DNA of 64,000 nucleotides, taken from Ostrea edulis (taxonomy: Eukaryota). The stretch lies in assembly GCF_947568905.1 (NCBI RefSeq), contig NC_079173.1:7874001-7938000 (forward strand). Direction: 5' to 3'. The notes beneath the pieces are model-generated. The model saw only the letters and a list, made by a program, of their open reading frames with translations, had not been told where the DNA came from and made no database searches. The position numbers and the translations under genes were made by a program. Position 1 is the stretch's first letter. Every line of letters begins with the position of its first letter. Shown in pieces: positions 62,746 through 64,000 of this stretch.

Positions 62746-64000
62746 ATGAGGGAAACGAACTTTATATTCACAGCAATTATATTGTCTTGTGTGCCACTTT
62801 CATCGTCGATCGGTGTTGGCGATCTGAAATTATTTTACAACTTCTTGAGGAATGACCACGAGCCCTACATTAGGCCGGTAAGGAACCAGAGTCAACCGGT
62901 TACTGTGTATGTAGACCTCCTACTCCATTCTGTTGTCTCTTACGAAGAGAGAACCGGGACTCTATCATCGTTAATCACCATGAACTTAAAGTGGACAGAT
63001 GAATTGGTGACCGCAAACTTCTCGTCCGCTTTCGTCGATGATATTCCCATTTCTAAATCCTTGATATGGAATCCTATTATTAGTGTTTACAACACAGTTA
63101 CAGAGGACACCGTGTTAAAAACAGGTGAAATTAGTATTCAAAATGCCTTCTTGTCTCCAAACGGAACAATTATATATACAAATGTGGGTTTGACTGTAAC
63201 AAAATGCGATAGCGATGTATTCTATTACCCAATGGACCATCAAAAATGCAAAATAATCTTTCTGGGCGAACCTCTCAAATATGTTGTAATACAACCGTAT
63301 TTGATTGAGTATGTTGGATTGGATCCGACGGCTGCTTTGGTTAAAAATGAAGAATGGGAAGCAAGCAATGTGCATTATGAAATAGGAATTATGTTTCATC
63401 ATTATCCATCTATCACAATGTCGTTTAATTTATCCAGACGACCCCTATATCTCTCGATGAATTTCGTGATCCCACTTGCGTATATATGTTTACTGAATCT
63501 TTTTGTTTTTCTTCTTCCGGAGTCATCAGGAGAACGTATATCGTACGCAGTTACAATGCTTCTAGCTCTGATTCTATATCTCAACATGATTGCCGATCGA
63601 CTACCAAATACCGTGACAATCAGCCTGCTCAATATACTTATTGTCATTCAGTTCAACAGCAGCTGTTTTGTGGTGTTGATGACCATCCTGACCCTGTGGA
63701 TGCACAATAAACAGCAAAATAATCAACCTGTACCAAAGTGTTGGCTAGTGTTTATGCAAATTACAAATCGTAAGTGCTGTAGAAAAACAAATTCCGTAAA
63801 GATCAATCCTCAGTTTGAAAAGGAGGCAGAAAACCGCAAAAAAGACGAGAAGCAGATGGAAGACTACAATATGCCAGGATGCGAAAAAGAGGAAACAGTC
63901 ACTTGGAGCGATGTGATAAGTTCCACGAATCGGTTTCTGTTTCGCATAACATCTGCAATATCATGTATTCAGTTTCTTGTTCTATTCTTATCAATGATTC
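62746..64000 (+). CDS. Intronless non-alpha nAChR-like subunit (paralog C2), running off the window end; missing from the ORF track
   Basis: ATG at 62746, MRETNFIFTAIILSCVPLSSSIGVGDLKLFYNFLRNDHEPY..., collinear with C1 and still in frame at ...LFLSMI at 64000. Confidence 0.88.
   Translation, partial: MRETNFIFTAIILSCVPLSSSIGVGDLKLFYNFLRNDHEPYIRPVRNQSQPVTVYVDLLLHSVVSYEERTGTLSSLITMNLKWTDELVTANFSSAFVDDIPISKSLIWNPIISVYNTVTEDTVLKTGEISIQNAFLSPNGTIIYTNVGLTVTKCDSDVFYYPMDHQKCKIIFLGEPLKYVVIQPYLIEYVGLDPTAALVKNEEWEASNVHYEIGIMFHHYPSITMSFNLSRRPLYLSMNFVIPLAYICLLNLFVFLLPESSGERISYAVTMLLALILYLNMIADRLPNTVTISLLNILIVIQFNSSCFVVLMTILTLWMHNKQQNNQPVPKCWLVFMQITNRKCCRKTNSVKINPQFEKEAENRKKDEKQMEDYNMPGCEKEETVTWSDVISSTNRFLFRITSAISCIQFLVLFLSMI

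Overview
AT-rich, repeat-dense eukaryotic DNA, most likely from a bivalve mollusc such as an oyster (inferred from the repeat families and the nAChR-like gene expansion). It contains a 200-N gap at 522-721. Main contents: (1) a ~12-kb imperfect palindrome (arms ~3134-8130 and ~10117-15254) that duplicates the long Ser-rich terminal exon of a minus-strand, multi-exon CARD + death-fold gene (21186->13494). (2) A ~7-kb ISL2EU/PHIS-type DNA transposon with an internally deleted THAP-DDE transposase and an intact 7-exon SAP-SWIM-YqaJ nuclease gene. (3) A second rearranged inverted duplication at 30.4-35.9 kb. (4) Several copies of a ~351-nt repeat carrying type I minimal hammerhead ribozymes (retrozyme-like), plus many 3' fragments of a Penelope-like retroelement. 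(5) A Ngaro/DIRS-like SGNH remnant. (6) A cluster of five intronless Cys-loop (nAChR-like) genes that keep the cation-channel M2 signature but lack the canonical acetylcholine-binding residues, making them candidate chemosensory channels. All calls come from reading the sequence by eye; no database searches were run, and identity estimates are approximate.
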